A stretch of 64,000 nt of DNA from Lama guanicoe (Eukaryota). Below, piece by piece: positions 25,419 to 39,635 of the stretch. Position 1 is the stretch's first letter. Every line of letters starts with the position of its first letter. The position numbers were made by a program, and so were the translations under genes. The notes beneath the pieces were generated by a model. It saw only the letters and a list, made by a program, of their open reading frames with translations, was not told the origin of the DNA and ran no database searches. Location: NCBI GenBank assembly GCA_013239625.1, contig MU053629.1:1887567-1951566 (forward strand). Direction: 5' to 3'.

Positions 25419-26519
25419 CTTACTATTCCTTTAGTTGGTTAAGCTGCAAATCTAGGCACAATATCCTCTTCTAAAGTACAAGCTAAAAGTCAGGCTGGCT
25501 TAGAAACATAGTATTGGTATAATTTTCTAGACTTGCTGCCAATACTTAATGATCAGTTTAAAAATGAGACAGATGATCATCTTGTTCTTGATGATCTTCA
25601 GGACCAAATGTAGGCATCTCTTGTCAAAAATTTCCATATTTACAAAGAAGTCACAAAAGCTTTCTGGATGATGTCTATAATTTCTAATGATAAGTAATGC
25701 CACTTGTAACTCCTGCCTAGAAACCTCAAAGGTGCGAGGAGTTCCTACTAGCGGCATTATTGCTTCTTTTCTTAAATACTCTGAAACTTTCCAGTACCCT
25801 CGTGGGCTTTGGGATGCTCAAGACAGCTTCTAGATTACCGAGCAGCTTTGAAGTTTTTCTCAAAGATAGACTAGGTCCAGGATGCTAGTGTAGAAAGAGC
25901 TCAAGTCAGAGTCTTGGATTTAGTATTTGGTCCTGCTACCAACTCTGAAAACTTCACCTTTCTGCTCTTTCTCACCTGTAAAAATAACAGGTTTAGCCTG
26001 GTTCTCCTTTAAATCCAAAATTCTGATTATAGCTAGGATTTCCTTCTAGCTAACTTCTAGGTTCCTTTTGTAAATCCACAGGACCAGTATGAATGAAACT
26101 TGTCTCCGTGTTATGTAGAATATGTGTGGTACGAATTCAAGTGTATGCTGGTAGTGGAAAGTGGTAACGGTACTCAACTGAAAGTGTGTCTATTAAAACA
26201 TCTCTAAAACTTTAAAAACAGATATGGTGACTTCACTTCAAACCTACCAAAGCAGAATTTCTAGTAGTGGATGTAAGCATAGCTCCCACAGTTGATACAG
26301 AAGCACAACCTCGCTGGAAAACTCTGTATCTAGAGGGTAGAAATAAAGGGCATTGCTTTGTTTTATGGCTAATATATTCTAAGGACTCAGAAAACACTGA
26401 CAGACCAGTACCTTTCAGAACAACTGGATTCAGTATTTTAAAAAAAACTGAAATATAGTCAGTTTAAAATTGGACTCAGTACCTTTTTTTTTTTCCCAGT
26501 ACCTTTTGAAAGGAATCTG

Positions 26520-26662
26520 TTTTTTCTTTCTTTTTTTTTGGTCAGGGAGATTTATTTATCGAGGTTTGTTTATTTATTTACTTTAATGGAGGTACTGGGG
26601 ATTGAATCCAAGACCTCACGCATGCTAAGCATGCACTGTACCATGGAGCTATACCCTTCCCC
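26520..26662 (-). mobile_element. tRNA-derived camelid SINE (Vic-1 type)
   Basis: GGGAAGGGTATAGCTC...GGATTCAATCCCCAGTACCTCC with A/B boxes and A-rich tail. Confidence 0.85.
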
Positions 26663-29544
26663 AGAAAAGAATCATTTTAAGGCTATTTAAAAGACTTGTC
26701 TGTTTCGAGTTTCTTAGGTATTACAGAAAATGTGCTGCTGAGCATAAAAGTCTCTTTGGGAGACATAGCCATAATTTATTAGAACTGTCTGTGACAGATA
26801 AAGATGCCCACACAAGTTCCATTCTGTGCCTGGCTTCTCACATGGCTGCCCGTTAAGTAGCCAGAGCTGGTGGTGAAAGACACAGACACAGGCCCGCGAG
26901 GGAAGCCTATCTCTGGTCAGAGATTTACTGCACAGCAGTGATTTATCACCTGGGTTGCACTGAAACGAGAACTCCTGTATATTACATTTCACTCTTATTT
27001 TCCAGAGCCATCTCTAATCCATTGCTTAAAAATTTTAAATTAATCAACATTATGCTGTAAAGTCCTTTAATAAGATGGGATGATAGCAAAGCCTTAAACA
27101 CAACACGTTTTTCCAACAAGGTACTTCCTGCAAGTAATTCTGAAGCAATGGGAATAAAGTGGGAGAGGCAGGCAAGGTAGATATACAATGAATTTCTTTT
27201 GATCCATGGTATTTCAGAAACTAAGTTAGTATTATAATCTCTCTGGAAATAAAGCACTAATAAGGTCTCCCATCTAAATTGGTCAACTGCATAAAAGCTT
27301 GAAAATTAAAGAAGCAGATTCCAAACTTTCCTCTTCTGAAGGATTTCCAATATATTTCGTTATTATTACTTTTAGCCACAGGTTAAATCCGTTATAAACC
27401 AATACTGCAAGGTTAAACACATACTGCACATGTTACTGTGTATATTGTCACAAGTTATTACGAAACAGCTCTTCCACCCATCAATAATGTATTCTTATAA
27501 ATCCTGCTGGACATATGGCCCACACACATATCGAGTTGCACAGAACAGGAAGTGAGGTGGATAACACTACGGCTGACTTTCAGTCTGTCATAAATTTCAC
27601 TTGGGTTAAAACACATCAAATCAAGGATAATGACTTCTTTATCATCCAAGCTGCTACCTAAAAAGATTCCATAATGGATTAAGAACAGTAACTACTCTAA
27701 GTAGAGGTATTTTTAAATGCACATCAGGCTGAGAACTGAAATAGAACCACCTTGCAGCTTTTGGTAATTTGATCACATTATTGCCTAATAATTAGCCTTT
27801 CGTTCTTTTTGAAAAACTAAATTACCTAGCTGTGAAGCAAATTCAAATAAGCCCCATATCTACATTAATATGTGGATGTAAAAAAGAATATCTATATTAA
27901 TATTTCTATGAAAAAGTAAGTGTATGTTGGTGATGGCTGTCTTCTCAAGTCAGGGCTGGAAAAAACCTTAAAGGACATAACGACCTCGAAAGTTCCCTTG
28001 CTTTGTTTTGTTTACAGTTTGCTTTTTAATTTTTAAAGAAAATAGGACAGTTTTTCTCCCAAATTAAGCTGTCCTTGGTCCCATCCATGGTAGTGGCTTC
28101 TAGCACAACTATTGCATGTTCTTTACTGTTTATGAGAGATCAGGGAATTACTGATATATGGGGAATTATTATCAAGGTAAACTAATAATGATATTAAACT
28201 AGTCCATTTAACAAGAGAGCAGAAAGAATAGGCAGACAAGCATAATATTCCATAGGAAGAAGTGAAAGGGGAAAATAAGAGCATAGCCTTTAAAACTCAG
28301 AAAATAACTATAAAAACGATGCAGTATTACAAAAATGAGACACTACATGTGTTTATGTGTTTCTCTTTTAAAAAAAAGGAACAGAATCCCCCTCATTCCT
28401 CCGGCTCTGAAAAATGCCTTTTTACAATACGAACCAGATCAACATATGAATCTACTCAAAATGCTGGTTTAATAACAAAAACAGCTAGACCCAGAATTAA
28501 GGAATCAGGATTACTTTGTCTTACCTTAATGAAAAATGTTTTACAATCAACTTGTTCAGAGGCCCCTTGGGAACTGGACTATTGCTAGACACACGCTGCT
28601 AACGTGAGCTCAAATTTGTATGGTGGGAGAAGAGAAGGTGAGGAATAAGAAGAGCAGAGGAATAAGCTCACATTTCTGAGCCACGGAAACTGAGCTTTTA
28701 CACCTTCTCTATCACACACACACAAGTACAAAGGCCTCAAAGCAGGTCCAAAGCTTTGCTTACTCAGGGCAGTCAGGAAAGAAAGTCCAAGACAGGACAG
28801 ATCTCTTCCTAGCATCAAAGATTAAAAAAAAAAAAAGTTTTAAAAGTGTGTTGTGTATTGGGGGTGGGAGTAAAGGGTGGAGGATCCTTTCTATTCCCAG
28901 AAAGACTAACTCAGTTTAGAACTGGTAAATTTATGGGATTAAAAAATCCAGTCTCAGACAATATACCACTTTGTTCTTGTCAGTAAGTTATATAGACAGA
29001 ATATTGAGTTTCAAAAGCTAGGAGATGAGCAGTTCTTAACACATACCCAAACAATAACAACTAGAAAGAAAGTTCCAGCAAGCGTTTAAAAGGAATAGAA
29101 AAAAATGAGTCACTCCAAGTACAGTGAACCTCTTCCTGAAAATCCTGCCCCACTCCCATTACACTTTCTGTGTTCATGTATCTGTCTTCGCTATGAACCA
29201 GCAGAAGATGGTTTGAAGGCAGCAACTAAGAGTTAACAATGCCTGTATGTCAGCCCCCAGCACTGGTCCAAGCATGTGGTAGACAAGGGCACACACAAAT
29301 TAGCACTAAGTAAATAGATAAAATTCCACTTGAGTTTTCTACCTGTAACATACAATGTTTAAACTTCAAAATGCTAAAAGACACACACATACAGAGCAAA
29401 ACAATTAATCAGATTTCAAACGTGCATGAACTGCTAACATAATTGATACTTCTGAATAGCTCTTGTTTGAGTTTCATGGGAATGATATTTAAAAAGTTTT
29501 GTTGGGTAAGCCACCAATACGAAGACTCCAAGTAATTTAAAGCT

Positions 29545-29686
29545 GTAACCTATGTTCAGTATCTTGCAGTAACCTATAATGAAAAAGAGTATGAAAACAA
29601 ATATATGTGTGTATATATATGACTGAAACATTATGCCAAAAATTAACAAACATTGTAAATTGACTATACTTCAATTTAAAAAAAAG
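29545..29686 (+). mobile_element. Short L1 3'-UTR tail fragment
   Basis: ttcagtatcttgcagtaacctataatgaaaaaga...cattgtaaattgactatacttcaatttaaaaaaaa. Confidence 0.8.
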
Positions 29687-29710
29687 TCAAAACAGAGTTG
29701 TGGTATTTCT

Positions 29711-29856
29711 TTTTTTCTTTTTCTTTTTTCTTGGGGTGGGGAAGGTAATCAGGTTTACTTATTTATTTATTAAAGGGAGGTACTGGGTATTGAACCCAGG
29801 ACCTCTCATGCATACTAGGCACACACTCTACCACTGAGCTATACCCTCCCTCCTCT
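29711..29856 (-). mobile_element. Vic-1-type SINE
   Basis: tRNA-like head; 16-bp TSD GAGTTGT(G/A)GTATTTCT (29695-29710 / 29857-29872). Confidence 0.88.
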
Positions 29857-31009
29857 GAGTTGTAGTATTTCTATACTGACCTTCTTCTGTATATTTTCTT
29901 CTATGATAGTTGTATATGGTATGTGCAATTTTGTCTTGCTGTTCCCACATGCAGAACTAAGTAGAATTATTCGTTTTAGTTAATAATACCGAAAAAATAC
30001 ACAAAGAAATATAAATGTCTCCCTGTCTCTCAAAAAAGCACCTGTCCATCCAAATAGATTAAATGACCAACAAAATCAGTCATTTAAGTTGTCTAATGTG
30101 CACCGGAAGTCTGATGACATCTTCCTACCATCTTCTTCTCCCACTCCATTTATAGACACATTATTTCGGTTCTGGCTAACTGGGAATTACATGGTCTTTT
30201 CTTTACATAAGCTCTTTTCCATCTCACTTGAATCTCACAGTCACCCTACGAAGAAGAAAGGAAAAATACTAATGACTCAATTTTACATATAAGATAGACA
30301 GCCTGAGAGACACTGCGTGACTGTTCCTGGCTAACAGGGTTCCCAATAACGCAACCAGATCTCTCAACTCCAGGTTCACTGCTTTCTTTCATATATTACA
30401 TTCTACTTCCTTTTCATTCATGTGGTTGCCAAAGTTATTCTCCGTGTTCCCTACCCTACTTCTTGCAAATCTCATGCCTTTTTGGTTAACATTTACTCTT
30501 CCAGGATATAAATCTGCCACCCTGCTACACAGGCAGCTTAATCTGTCCTTCCACCCACTTGGTTCCCAGTGTTTTTATATCAGCTCCATGAGTACTATTT
30601 TACAGATTTCTTATCTTATGTCCATCTCTCTGTAGTTCTTGATTTGTCAATTCCAGCCCCTTGTTCGGAATGGGGGACCTGGGATATTACTTTTTTGAAC
30701 TACAGAAGTGTTACATACTAATTTTAAATAAACGTAACAGCTAACCAAAAGCAGTACAGAAACGTATAAAGAAAAAGTATTCACATCCATAACAGATACA
30801 CATATACATAATTCAAAATGCTTTTCTGCAACTTCATTTTTAATTTAATATTATACAATAGACAATTTTCCTTGTCAAGACATTCATTCATTTTAACAGT
30901 TACATCATATCTACCCCTATGATGTATCATATGTAAGTTTTCCTGTACTGATGGGCATTTCGGTTGTATTCATATATGTGTTATTAGAAATAGATACTAC
31001 AGTGAACAG

Positions 31010-31520
31010 CTACTGCTTTTCTCTGGTCTGCATTCTTTTCTTCCTTCTTCCGATAACAGCGCCTTACTACCCCACTGGGAAAGCACCACTTCTTCATTGT
31101 TACTTCACGTGATGTAAGTGGGGTGAATCCATTTCCCACTGCCACTCAAGGACATGACTCAAGCCAGGTTAATTAGAGGATTCTTTCCTCCCGCCCTGGA
31201 GAACTGGGTCTGTCCCCCAGATCACCAAACTGGAAGGAGTTTAGCCTGGAGTGGCCAGAGACTACCCCATGAGAACAGGTAGACTACTTATCTGAGAATG
31301 AAACCAACACAGAGAAAGCAAAGCAGAGAGAAACAGAGACAGACAAATATGTCACAAACCTGAGGACCAAGGACAATGCTGGTCCTGGATCTGGCTGGCC
31401 TGAGGTAAGAATCCTGGACTTCTCAGTCCTGTGAGCCAAAAAATTCCCCACTGCCCCTTCTCTCTCAATTAGGTGAGCCTGAACTCTATCACTTGAAAAC
31501 GAAGGTGTCTAGACAAATGT
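31010..31520 (+). mobile_element. Old MaLR LTR (MLT1K-like), inside a degenerate L1ME-like fragment
   Basis: gagaatgaaaccaacacagagaaagc...cctggacttctcagtcctgtgagccaaaaaattccc...tcacttgaaaac. Confidence 0.55.
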
Positions 31521-33554
31521 GCATACAACACTATAAAAAAATCCTTGTGCCTACATTTTGGGGCATGACTTCACCGTAGATTCCTTCAAGAGGAAATACT
31601 GAGTCAAGGGGCATACATATTTAACATTTTAGGATATGCTGCCCAACTGCCAGTTCTAAATCTTCTTTGGTCCCTGGTCTGTCTCCAGCCCTGGGCCTCT
31701 TTCCAACATTTAGTACTACAGTTCTATTACTTCAAGTATTCAGGCCCAAGGAGTAGTTAGAAAGGTTTTCAGAACCTGCCTTGACCCAATATCCCCAAAG
31801 CCCCAGCACTAGGCTATCTCCTGTCAACATGCAGCCATAACATGTTCGGAGGAGTCGCCTAGCTTTTTGTCCAAATTATAATTGATATTTCACAATCAAA
31901 AAACCCTTCCTTCCCCATTATTTGTTCAATGCTACAATAAGAAATTTTCACTAAAACATACCTGCATCACAGAAGTCCAGTAGTCATCAACTGCTTTCCA
32001 GTTTATGACGTATTTTTATATGTCCTCCCATTTAATCCTAACAAGTACACACAGGAATCGCTAGTCTCATGTTATAGATAAGGTAATTCATCTGAAATGA
32101 CTTACTTAGGGCATACAGAGAGATCTAAAACCCCACTTCTGCCCCCAGGTTTCAGGCTCTTTGGCTACACCACATACACTTATCTGTGCCCTCAAGTTCA
32201 CAGACATCGCAAGTGGCAGCAAGGGCTACTGAGTCGCCTTACTTTGATAGGAGATTAACCAATTCTATAAAGATTCAGTAAAGCGTGATCTGTGTACAAA
32301 CCTAAGGGACAATCACAGAATATCGGTGATGCTGACAGATTATGAACTCGAGTAGTAAAGAAAGAGTAGTATCCTCCTTACAAAAAGCACAGGCAAGATT
32401 CTATCAGGAGTGTACTGGCAGTGTTTTCTAATCTAACTACCAAGCAGTCAATCTTTAAATTAAGCCCAGTAAATTAAACGCATCATTTAGGAATTCAGAG
32501 GGCAACATGACAAAGGTTTAGATTAATACAGACAGCATTAAAAAGTACAGGCATATGTTTTCAGTAACTTTGGACCCATTTAACAAATTGTTCCCAGAAG
32601 TGTCCTGATTGAAAAAACAAAATCAAGCCCCACTAAGGCACACAGACTAATCACAGCACAGAAGGAGAGTGTCCCCTATTACTGAACTCTCTTAATGTTG
32701 TAATATCCTTCCTTAAGCATCAAAACAGCTCTGGAAGAGTAAAGAAGCAAGTGTCACCCTCATTTTCTGAATGAGAAAAGTGGAGGTTAAGCGGTTTGCC
32801 ACAGAACCTGTGAATGGAACAGATGCTACAGCCTGCCGTCTTTTTTCTCCTTTGAGTCTTCACCCAAATAGCTCTCCAGTCAGGACAGATGTGACCTGGT
32901 GGAACACTGAAGATGGCCTTATAACTCTGGTCACTGAGGAAGCATGACGACTTCCAAGGAAGCAAAGTGAGCTCACTTATCTAGCCAATTTTCAGTTAGT
33001 CTAAGGAGTAAGTGCTGCCATGTCCCTGCTTCCAATTTCAAATTCAATTAAGTTTAAAACGTCTGGTAGTCAGTTTGTCCATTCATCAAACATCCCAAGT
33101 GAGAACAGAATGCTGTGGGGACAATAAAGAGGGGCATCTAACCTTGACCAAAGGGGCTGGGGAAGGCTTCACAGAGCAGGGCTCACAGGCTGAGTCTTGA
33201 AGGATGGTTAAGAGCTGATTAGGCTGGAGTGGGGAGAGTGAATCTTGCAGGCTGAGGGAGCAGCAAGCATATGGGCAGCTAAAAGTACAGAGGCAAAAAA
33301 GCAGGGTAACAGCTCTCTGAAATCAGCAAAATGATGACTATTTTGCTCTCACCTGGAGTTTCTTTAAATTCTGAACCACCTATTGATTAAACAAATGTCT
33401 CTAAAAATTACAGCAAAGGCTATTAATAAAGTTGAAAAGGCAGATATATCTGAGCAAATAAAAAGATCGAAAGAATAAAGGGAAAATAAGGGTTTTATCT
33501 GAGTAGTATACATCCATATTGCCTTAGTACATCTTTAGTAACAGAACAATGTAT

Positions 33555-33995
33555 ACACTAACAATGCACTGTAACAGCACTAACAAATACAAATGCAAGC
33601 CATGAATGAGAACTATGAATTCAATTACAAGTTTTCTAGAAACCACATTTTAAAAGTAAAAAACAAACAGGTAAAATTAAATTTAATAATAGATTTAACT
33701 CATATTCAAAATATCATCCCCTCAACATGCAATCATGCAATTTTAAAATTACTGAGCTATTTTAGGGGGTAGGGGTATATATAGTTCAGTGGTAGAGTGT
33801 GTGCTTAGCACGCATGAGGTCCTGGGTTCAATCCCCAGTACGTCCATTTAAAAAAACCATAAAATTATTGAGATATTTAAAATTCTTTTTTTGGATACTA
33901 AATCTCTGAAATTCAGTGGGTATTTTATACTTAGAGCACATTTGGATTAGCCACATTTCAGGTGCTCAGTAGGCATATGTGGGCAGTGGTTCAGC
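33555..33995. mobile_element. MER33-like hAT-Charlie MITE interrupted by a SINE
   Basis: ttttctagaaaccacattttaaaagtaaaa...aaacaggtaaaattaaatttaataata ... tagccacatttcaggtgctcagtagg. Confidence 0.7.
33765..33860 (+). mobile_element. Vic-1-type SINE nested in MER33
   Basis: tagttcagtggtagagtgtgtgcttagcacgcatgaggtcctgggttcaatccccagtac; TSD AAAATTA(C/T)TGAG(C/A)TATTT. Confidence 0.88.
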
Positions 33996-35199
33996 TCTGT
34001 AAGAAGTTAAGAAAGATATAATTGAGGCTGGCTTACTGACAAAAATGGAGTGGACAAGAGGTTCTGTACTTAGCAATCTCCATGACCCCAACCAAGAAGC
34101 CTTCTCTCTCCTCCCTCTGAAACTCCCCAGAGCTGCTGATTCTGCTCACCAGGAGCCAATCGCAGGTGGTCCCCCTTTTATAGTGTAAGTTAGGGGCAGC
34201 GCCTGGTCTTATTCACCACTGTATCCTTAGGGTTTTAGCTTCGAATAGTACCTAGCCCAAGTGGGATGCTCAGTGAACAGCTTTTTAATAAACGTATGAA
34301 CAGACACACACCTGCCTTTGGTCCTCAGCTTATTTTGTTCTTGGAAGGCTTTCTTTACCATTTTATTTGAACACGTCCAAGTAAATCATACCTCTTTTTG
34401 AGAGCTCAGCCCCATAGGAACCACCCTCTTTGTGAAGCCTTCCCTGTTTCCCATAATTAGAGACCATTTTTTTCCTTCACAACTTCCAAATCATTGTATA
34501 CGTAACTTAAATAAAAATTCTGCTGTTTTAGTCTGCATTATAATTACTTACATACCTTAGTGAGCTCTTTGAGAGTAGTACAGCAATGCCTTACAGTCAA
34601 CATTATGAAAGCTCAATAAACATTACATTTTTCTTCCAATGGACAGAGGTCATATTTATAACTCTGTGGCCTTCAAATTATTCGGCATAGTGCTATGGAT
34701 ACGGCTGATGCTCAGTTTTTGCTAGTTAAAACTTCATCTCTGCATTATGACTAAAGTAATTATTAGTAAGAGATTGCTACAGGCTGGTAAGAAATGATTA
34801 ATGAAAGCCATACGAAGTATAAAGGAAGAGGAAAATGTTGAGAAAAGTTAAAAGTGTGTCAGACTGTTGAAAGTAAAAAGAGTGCGGAGGTGTAGAGAGC
34901 TGACAAACTTCTTTTAAGTGGGTGGAATATGTATTACTTAGGAGTTTCTGAAAGAAGATGAAAACATAATCGGCCACAAATGTTAAAAATTGAACTTTTT
35001 GTTGGTTTTTGTCTTAAGCATGCTTACAGATAAGTTATATTCTACAAATACAAAGGATTTAGCTAGCAACTGGACTGGTATTTCGATCACAGGTAAGAGG
35101 AGTTGTTATCTATCTTTATGTAGTCTGTCACTGGAATTTAAGGAAAATATTGTCTCACAATGACACTGAGATTCACTGCAAAGGAATTTGTTAAGCGGC

Positions 35200-35412
35200 T
35201 TTTTTTTTTTAAATTGAAGTAGAGATGGTTTACAATGTGCTAATTTCTGGTGTACAGCATACTGCTTCAGTTCTATTGGATCATGCATGTATTTGTTTTC
35301 ATATTCCTTTACACCATAGGTTACCGCAAGATACTGAATATAGTGGTACAGTGCTTTACACCACGTTGTAAACTGACTCTACTTCTATAAAAATACATGT
35401 TTTAAAAAAAAA
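35200..35412. mobile_element. Two oppositely oriented L1 3'-tail fragments joined head-to-head
   Basis: Poly(T)+minus-strand tail 35200-35344; plus-strand tail + A-run ~35350-35412. Confidence 0.7.
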
Positions 35413-38221
35413 CACTATACCAGTTTTCTAAAACTGATCACAACACTCCAGCCCAGTCCACTACATATAAGTTACTTGGGTCTATTTTTGAAACCCTGCC
35501 TTCTATTTTTCATGAAGATCCTTAAAAGAATACAAAATCCAAGTAACAAATTCTGCCTTCACACTGAGCGAATATCTCCAGCAGATCTGTACTTTGCAAA
35601 ACAATGCACTGAAAAAGGTGTCGGAACTTGGCGTAACTGTGAGGTGTATGCAGGCCAAACAATTTCTATAATAAACTCACAACACTCTATTTGCAATTAA
35701 AGAAATTATTGGCCCAACAAGCCTTCACCAGCAAAATGTTTAAAATAGAAGTGGCTTTTTTTTTTTTTGCCGGAGGGAGAGTGACAAATTTTATGTATGT
35801 AATTATGCATGTGAATAACTCTACATGCATCATGTGACTTGAGCTATTTATTACAGAGAGAATGAAGAGGACTAAAACGCCAAGGCGAAAGATTTTTATG
35901 ACCCTAAGGAGAAGGAGAGTCAAATAGCGTCGGAGTCCAGAAGAGTTAGAAAGTTGGGGACAAAAAGTAGCTGTCTTGGTTCCTAGAGGCTTTCTAAGTG
36001 CTTTTTTCCAATCCCTAGTGAGACAGTATTTCCTTCCTTGGCTCCATGATATGTCCCTGTGATTTTCCAGTAAATCCTCTTTTTGGAAAAAGCTAACTGA
36101 AAAAGATTCTGTTATTTGTAACCAAAATAGTGTTTATCGAAACACACGTAACTGCTCACCTTCCTCCTTCTTAACCATCATTTCCTAAACAGTATGTGCA
36201 AGACACTATGATAGATGCTTTAGGGAGGGAAGGAAAAAAAGATAAGACAAAGATTCTGTCCTTAGAAAACCTACGGGTAGAAAACAGAGAGGTAAACAGC
36301 TAACGTAGTACTAGATCAAATATTTCATAAAAAATAGTTAAAAAAAATAATGAAGAGCATGATGTGGAATGGCCTAAGAACCAAATTTACCTATTCAAAT
36401 TTAATGATACATGCTTGGCCAAAAAAATATAATAATAAAAAAACTACCATAAAGTTATCTTGCAGATGCATACCTTATTACATAAACTCTGCACTACCGT
36501 ATATATTACACATCCATACTATGCAGTAAATATTTACTGAGAGTGATCATATATACAAATCCAATTAGACTATATGCTATACACCATGGGCATTTTAAGG
36601 GATTTTTCAAGGCTAACTTTGATTATGTGTGATTTTTGTCTGTGTGCTAACTTTAGCTCTTAACCTCACATGTGACTCCACTGTATTTAGCAGTTGGTTT
36701 CCTTAGAAAAACTGTCACCTCTGAAATCCCAGCATTTTAAATAAGATACCTATAAACTAACAGACAGGTGTGAGGCATGATCTGTGACAGCTGGTGGTGA
36801 TCTAGTTATCTGGCTGATTACTAGATTCCCAGCAGCCAGCTAAACTGAACTGAAATATGATGTTCTGAGAATTATCTTAGGATTCTGAACAAAGCCTCTA
36901 GACTCAAACTAGAAGTCCCCAAAGTTGACAGTGCCTCAGGACAGGAAGTATGACAAACTAGCACATAGATGTGCCCCAGTAACTTATTTGCTAACATTCT
37001 CTATTATCTGCCTAGAACTGTTTTCAATATTTTCAGTGTTTCAGTTGTACTTCAGTCATAATATTCCACTTGACATTTAACTCATTCTACCCCTTTAGCA
37101 TCTCATCTCTCAAATCCATATTGGATAATAAAGCTAAAAGAACCTCAGCAGTGTTTGAAATGTATACCTTCCCTTGTGATAAACAGACCCCCACCTTATC
37201 TTTAAATCAGAAAGATTTTAATGAAAAATATATACATAAAAAGACTAAGGAAGCACACATGATGATAGGAGTTGTCAGCAGAGACATTAAATCTTTCTTT
37301 CATATACCTTTTTAAAACTTTCAGTGATACCAGTTTTCCCCAGAACTTACAAAATTTTTTTTTAAGTGAAAAAAATATTTTCCTTTGGGCAAGCTGCACA
37401 CAGATAATTGCAGATTCCCCGTGTGAAGTTACTTTTTTCGGCTAGCAGAGTCAGAAATCGAGACTGCTATCTTTCCTGAACTCTAGTGTTGAGAGGAGCC
37501 AAGCAAAAAGGTGACAAGTTATGACCACTGGATCAATGTGATCGGGTCCAAATTATTCTCCAGCTGCTGATCGGCCACTTAAGTCTGAAGATGTGTAATG
37601 CTTGCAGCTACTATGCTGATGAGAACCACACGTAATTTCAATCTTCAAAGGGCTTAAATTCCAGAACTTTAACCATAGAGTTCTTGGATGCTCTGAGTTA
37701 GTTTGTAATAGTGAATATACATGTCTCTGACTATATACCAAATCCCTGCAGAAATAATTTGGGGAACTTCGTTCTAATTTCTTGAATTATTCATTCATAC
37801 TTCTGCTTCCTTACTATAGCTAATCAAGAATTGCTGACACAAGCAAACAGAGAAGAAGCTGAGAGGCTGAAGAGGAGAGTGTACGATCAAAGAAGAGGCT
37901 ACAACTTAACTTGGTGATCTCACAGCCGGTGAAACACTGCTGCAAGAGTTTATCTACTGAGATTTGTTGAGTCTCTCCTTTGGAGTAAGTGATATGCAAG
38001 TAATACTATAATGAATAAAAGATGCTTCCTGCCCTTAAAAAGCTCACAATTCAGCACCATACTGCACTGTGAAAAGTCCACAGAGTCAGGGATATGGCTC
38101 TCTCTCTCTCTAAGCCCTCTCATTACGGCGTCTCAAGGGTGGCATATACCTCCTGAAATAATTTCTGTATCATGCCAACTGAACAGAGTGAGAAAAAGGA
38201 ATACGGAGTTTTGGTCACTGC

Positions 38222-38702
38222 CGCTAGAGTGGCCCACCTACTTTTGTATGATTAGAGAACTAATAATGGTTTCTACATTTTAAAATATTATTTGTTTGTT
38301 TGTTTATGAAAAACCCTCATCCCAGGGTTCTTGTTTGTTTGTTTGTTTCTGGTGGGGGTAGGTAATTAGATTTATTTACTTATTCTTGGAGGAGGTACTG
38401 GGGCTTGAGCCCAGGACCTCATGCATGCTGAGCATGTGCTCTACCACTTGGGCTATACCCTCCCCCATCAAAATATTATTTCTTTAATTTAAAGAATATT
38501 TCATGTTCTGTGAAAATTACATAAAATTCGAATTCCAGTGTCCATGAGTAAACCTTTATTGTAATATAGTTTATTTGTTTACATACATATTGTTTATGGC
38601 TATGTTTGTGCTACAGGATAACATGAGTTGAATACAGACAGCAAGAGCTGAAGAGACAAGTGGCTCACAAAGCCTAAAATATTTACTACCTGTCCCTTCA
38701 CA
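38222..38702. mobile_element. MER58B-like hAT-Charlie MITE interrupted by a SINE
   Basis: aatggtttctacattttaa...tgaaaattacataaaattc...ggctcacaaagcctaaaatatttacta. Confidence 0.7.
38294..38469 (-). mobile_element. Vic-1-type SINE with extra 3' segment
   Basis: tRNA-like head 38390-38466; TSD AAAATATTATTT (38282-38293 / 38470-38481). Confidence 0.88.
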
Positions 38703-39409
38703 CTATCTGGCTTTGTAAGAAATCTTCCACGCTGGAGGCAGGAGGGAGCCCAGTTTTACGCATCTTTCATTTCTGGGCACGTTGCTATTCACTAGCATGC
38801 CTACACACCACTGTAATAAACCTCACTTGTGATGTCTCACTAGTTCATCCCTAGTAAGACTACTTCCTTAGATGAATCCAATTATGATAAAAACCAAATA
38901 TTAATGAATCTCTTGGCCTGGCCCTTGCCTAATGGTTTCAATCCCACTTTACAGAACAAAAATAGGCATGGCAATCTGACCTTTTCTTCTGGGGTTCTTC
39001 CCCAGGTAGTGCAGGAGGGCTGTGGCCAAGCGTCCCCCCCAAACTGGCATGAAAGGCTGTGGAGCTGTGGAAGTAAAAGTGTTCATTCTCCCCCAGGAGG
39101 CTCAGTGAGCATTACTGTACTTGAATCTGATCATACTCAGCTCCACTGAAAGGCACAAACACTTCCCTCGAGATCACAGATGTGAAGGGTTCACCAAAGC
39201 GGAACTCTGGTCTGAGTCAGAGAAAGGACTGGGAAATATTAAGTTGCTCTTGCTTGAGAATTCATCAAAAATTCTTCAAAACTGAAACTGTTATCTCTTC
39301 ATTCTGATCCTTTTTTAAAGCTATGAGAAATAAGATATTTCCATTTCTACAGGAAAGTCAGATCTTCAGTTTTAATGTAAAACAGTAGTGCTCTGTGTTT
39401 ATATAGCAC

Positions 39410-39635
39410 TCGTCCCTTAAGAATTCAAAGCCTTTACAGACATTACCTCATTCAACCCTGTAAGGTCTGCAAACTCAATAAGAAACAGGACGCTTCCCTG
39501 TTGTATGACTAAGGAAACTGAGGTACAGCAGGAGTGTATGGTTAACGCTAAGTCACAGGAAAACAGTGGGAAAACTTGAGCTAAACTTTTCTCCTTGCTC
39601 CAATTCTTGGCTGCCTCCACTTAGTCACACTGCCT
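39410..39635 (-). mobile_element. MIR SINE
   Basis: cattacctcattcaaccct...aaggaaactgaggtacag...taagtcacagg. Confidence 0.55.

Noticed and set aside
28515..28600. Possible cryptic exon with donor AAG|gtaaga in intron 4
   Set aside because: No convincing paired acceptor; isolated donor-like motifs are common.
33765..33845. tRNA gene
   Set aside because: tRNA-like head with A-rich tail and TSD, multiple diverged copies: a SINE.
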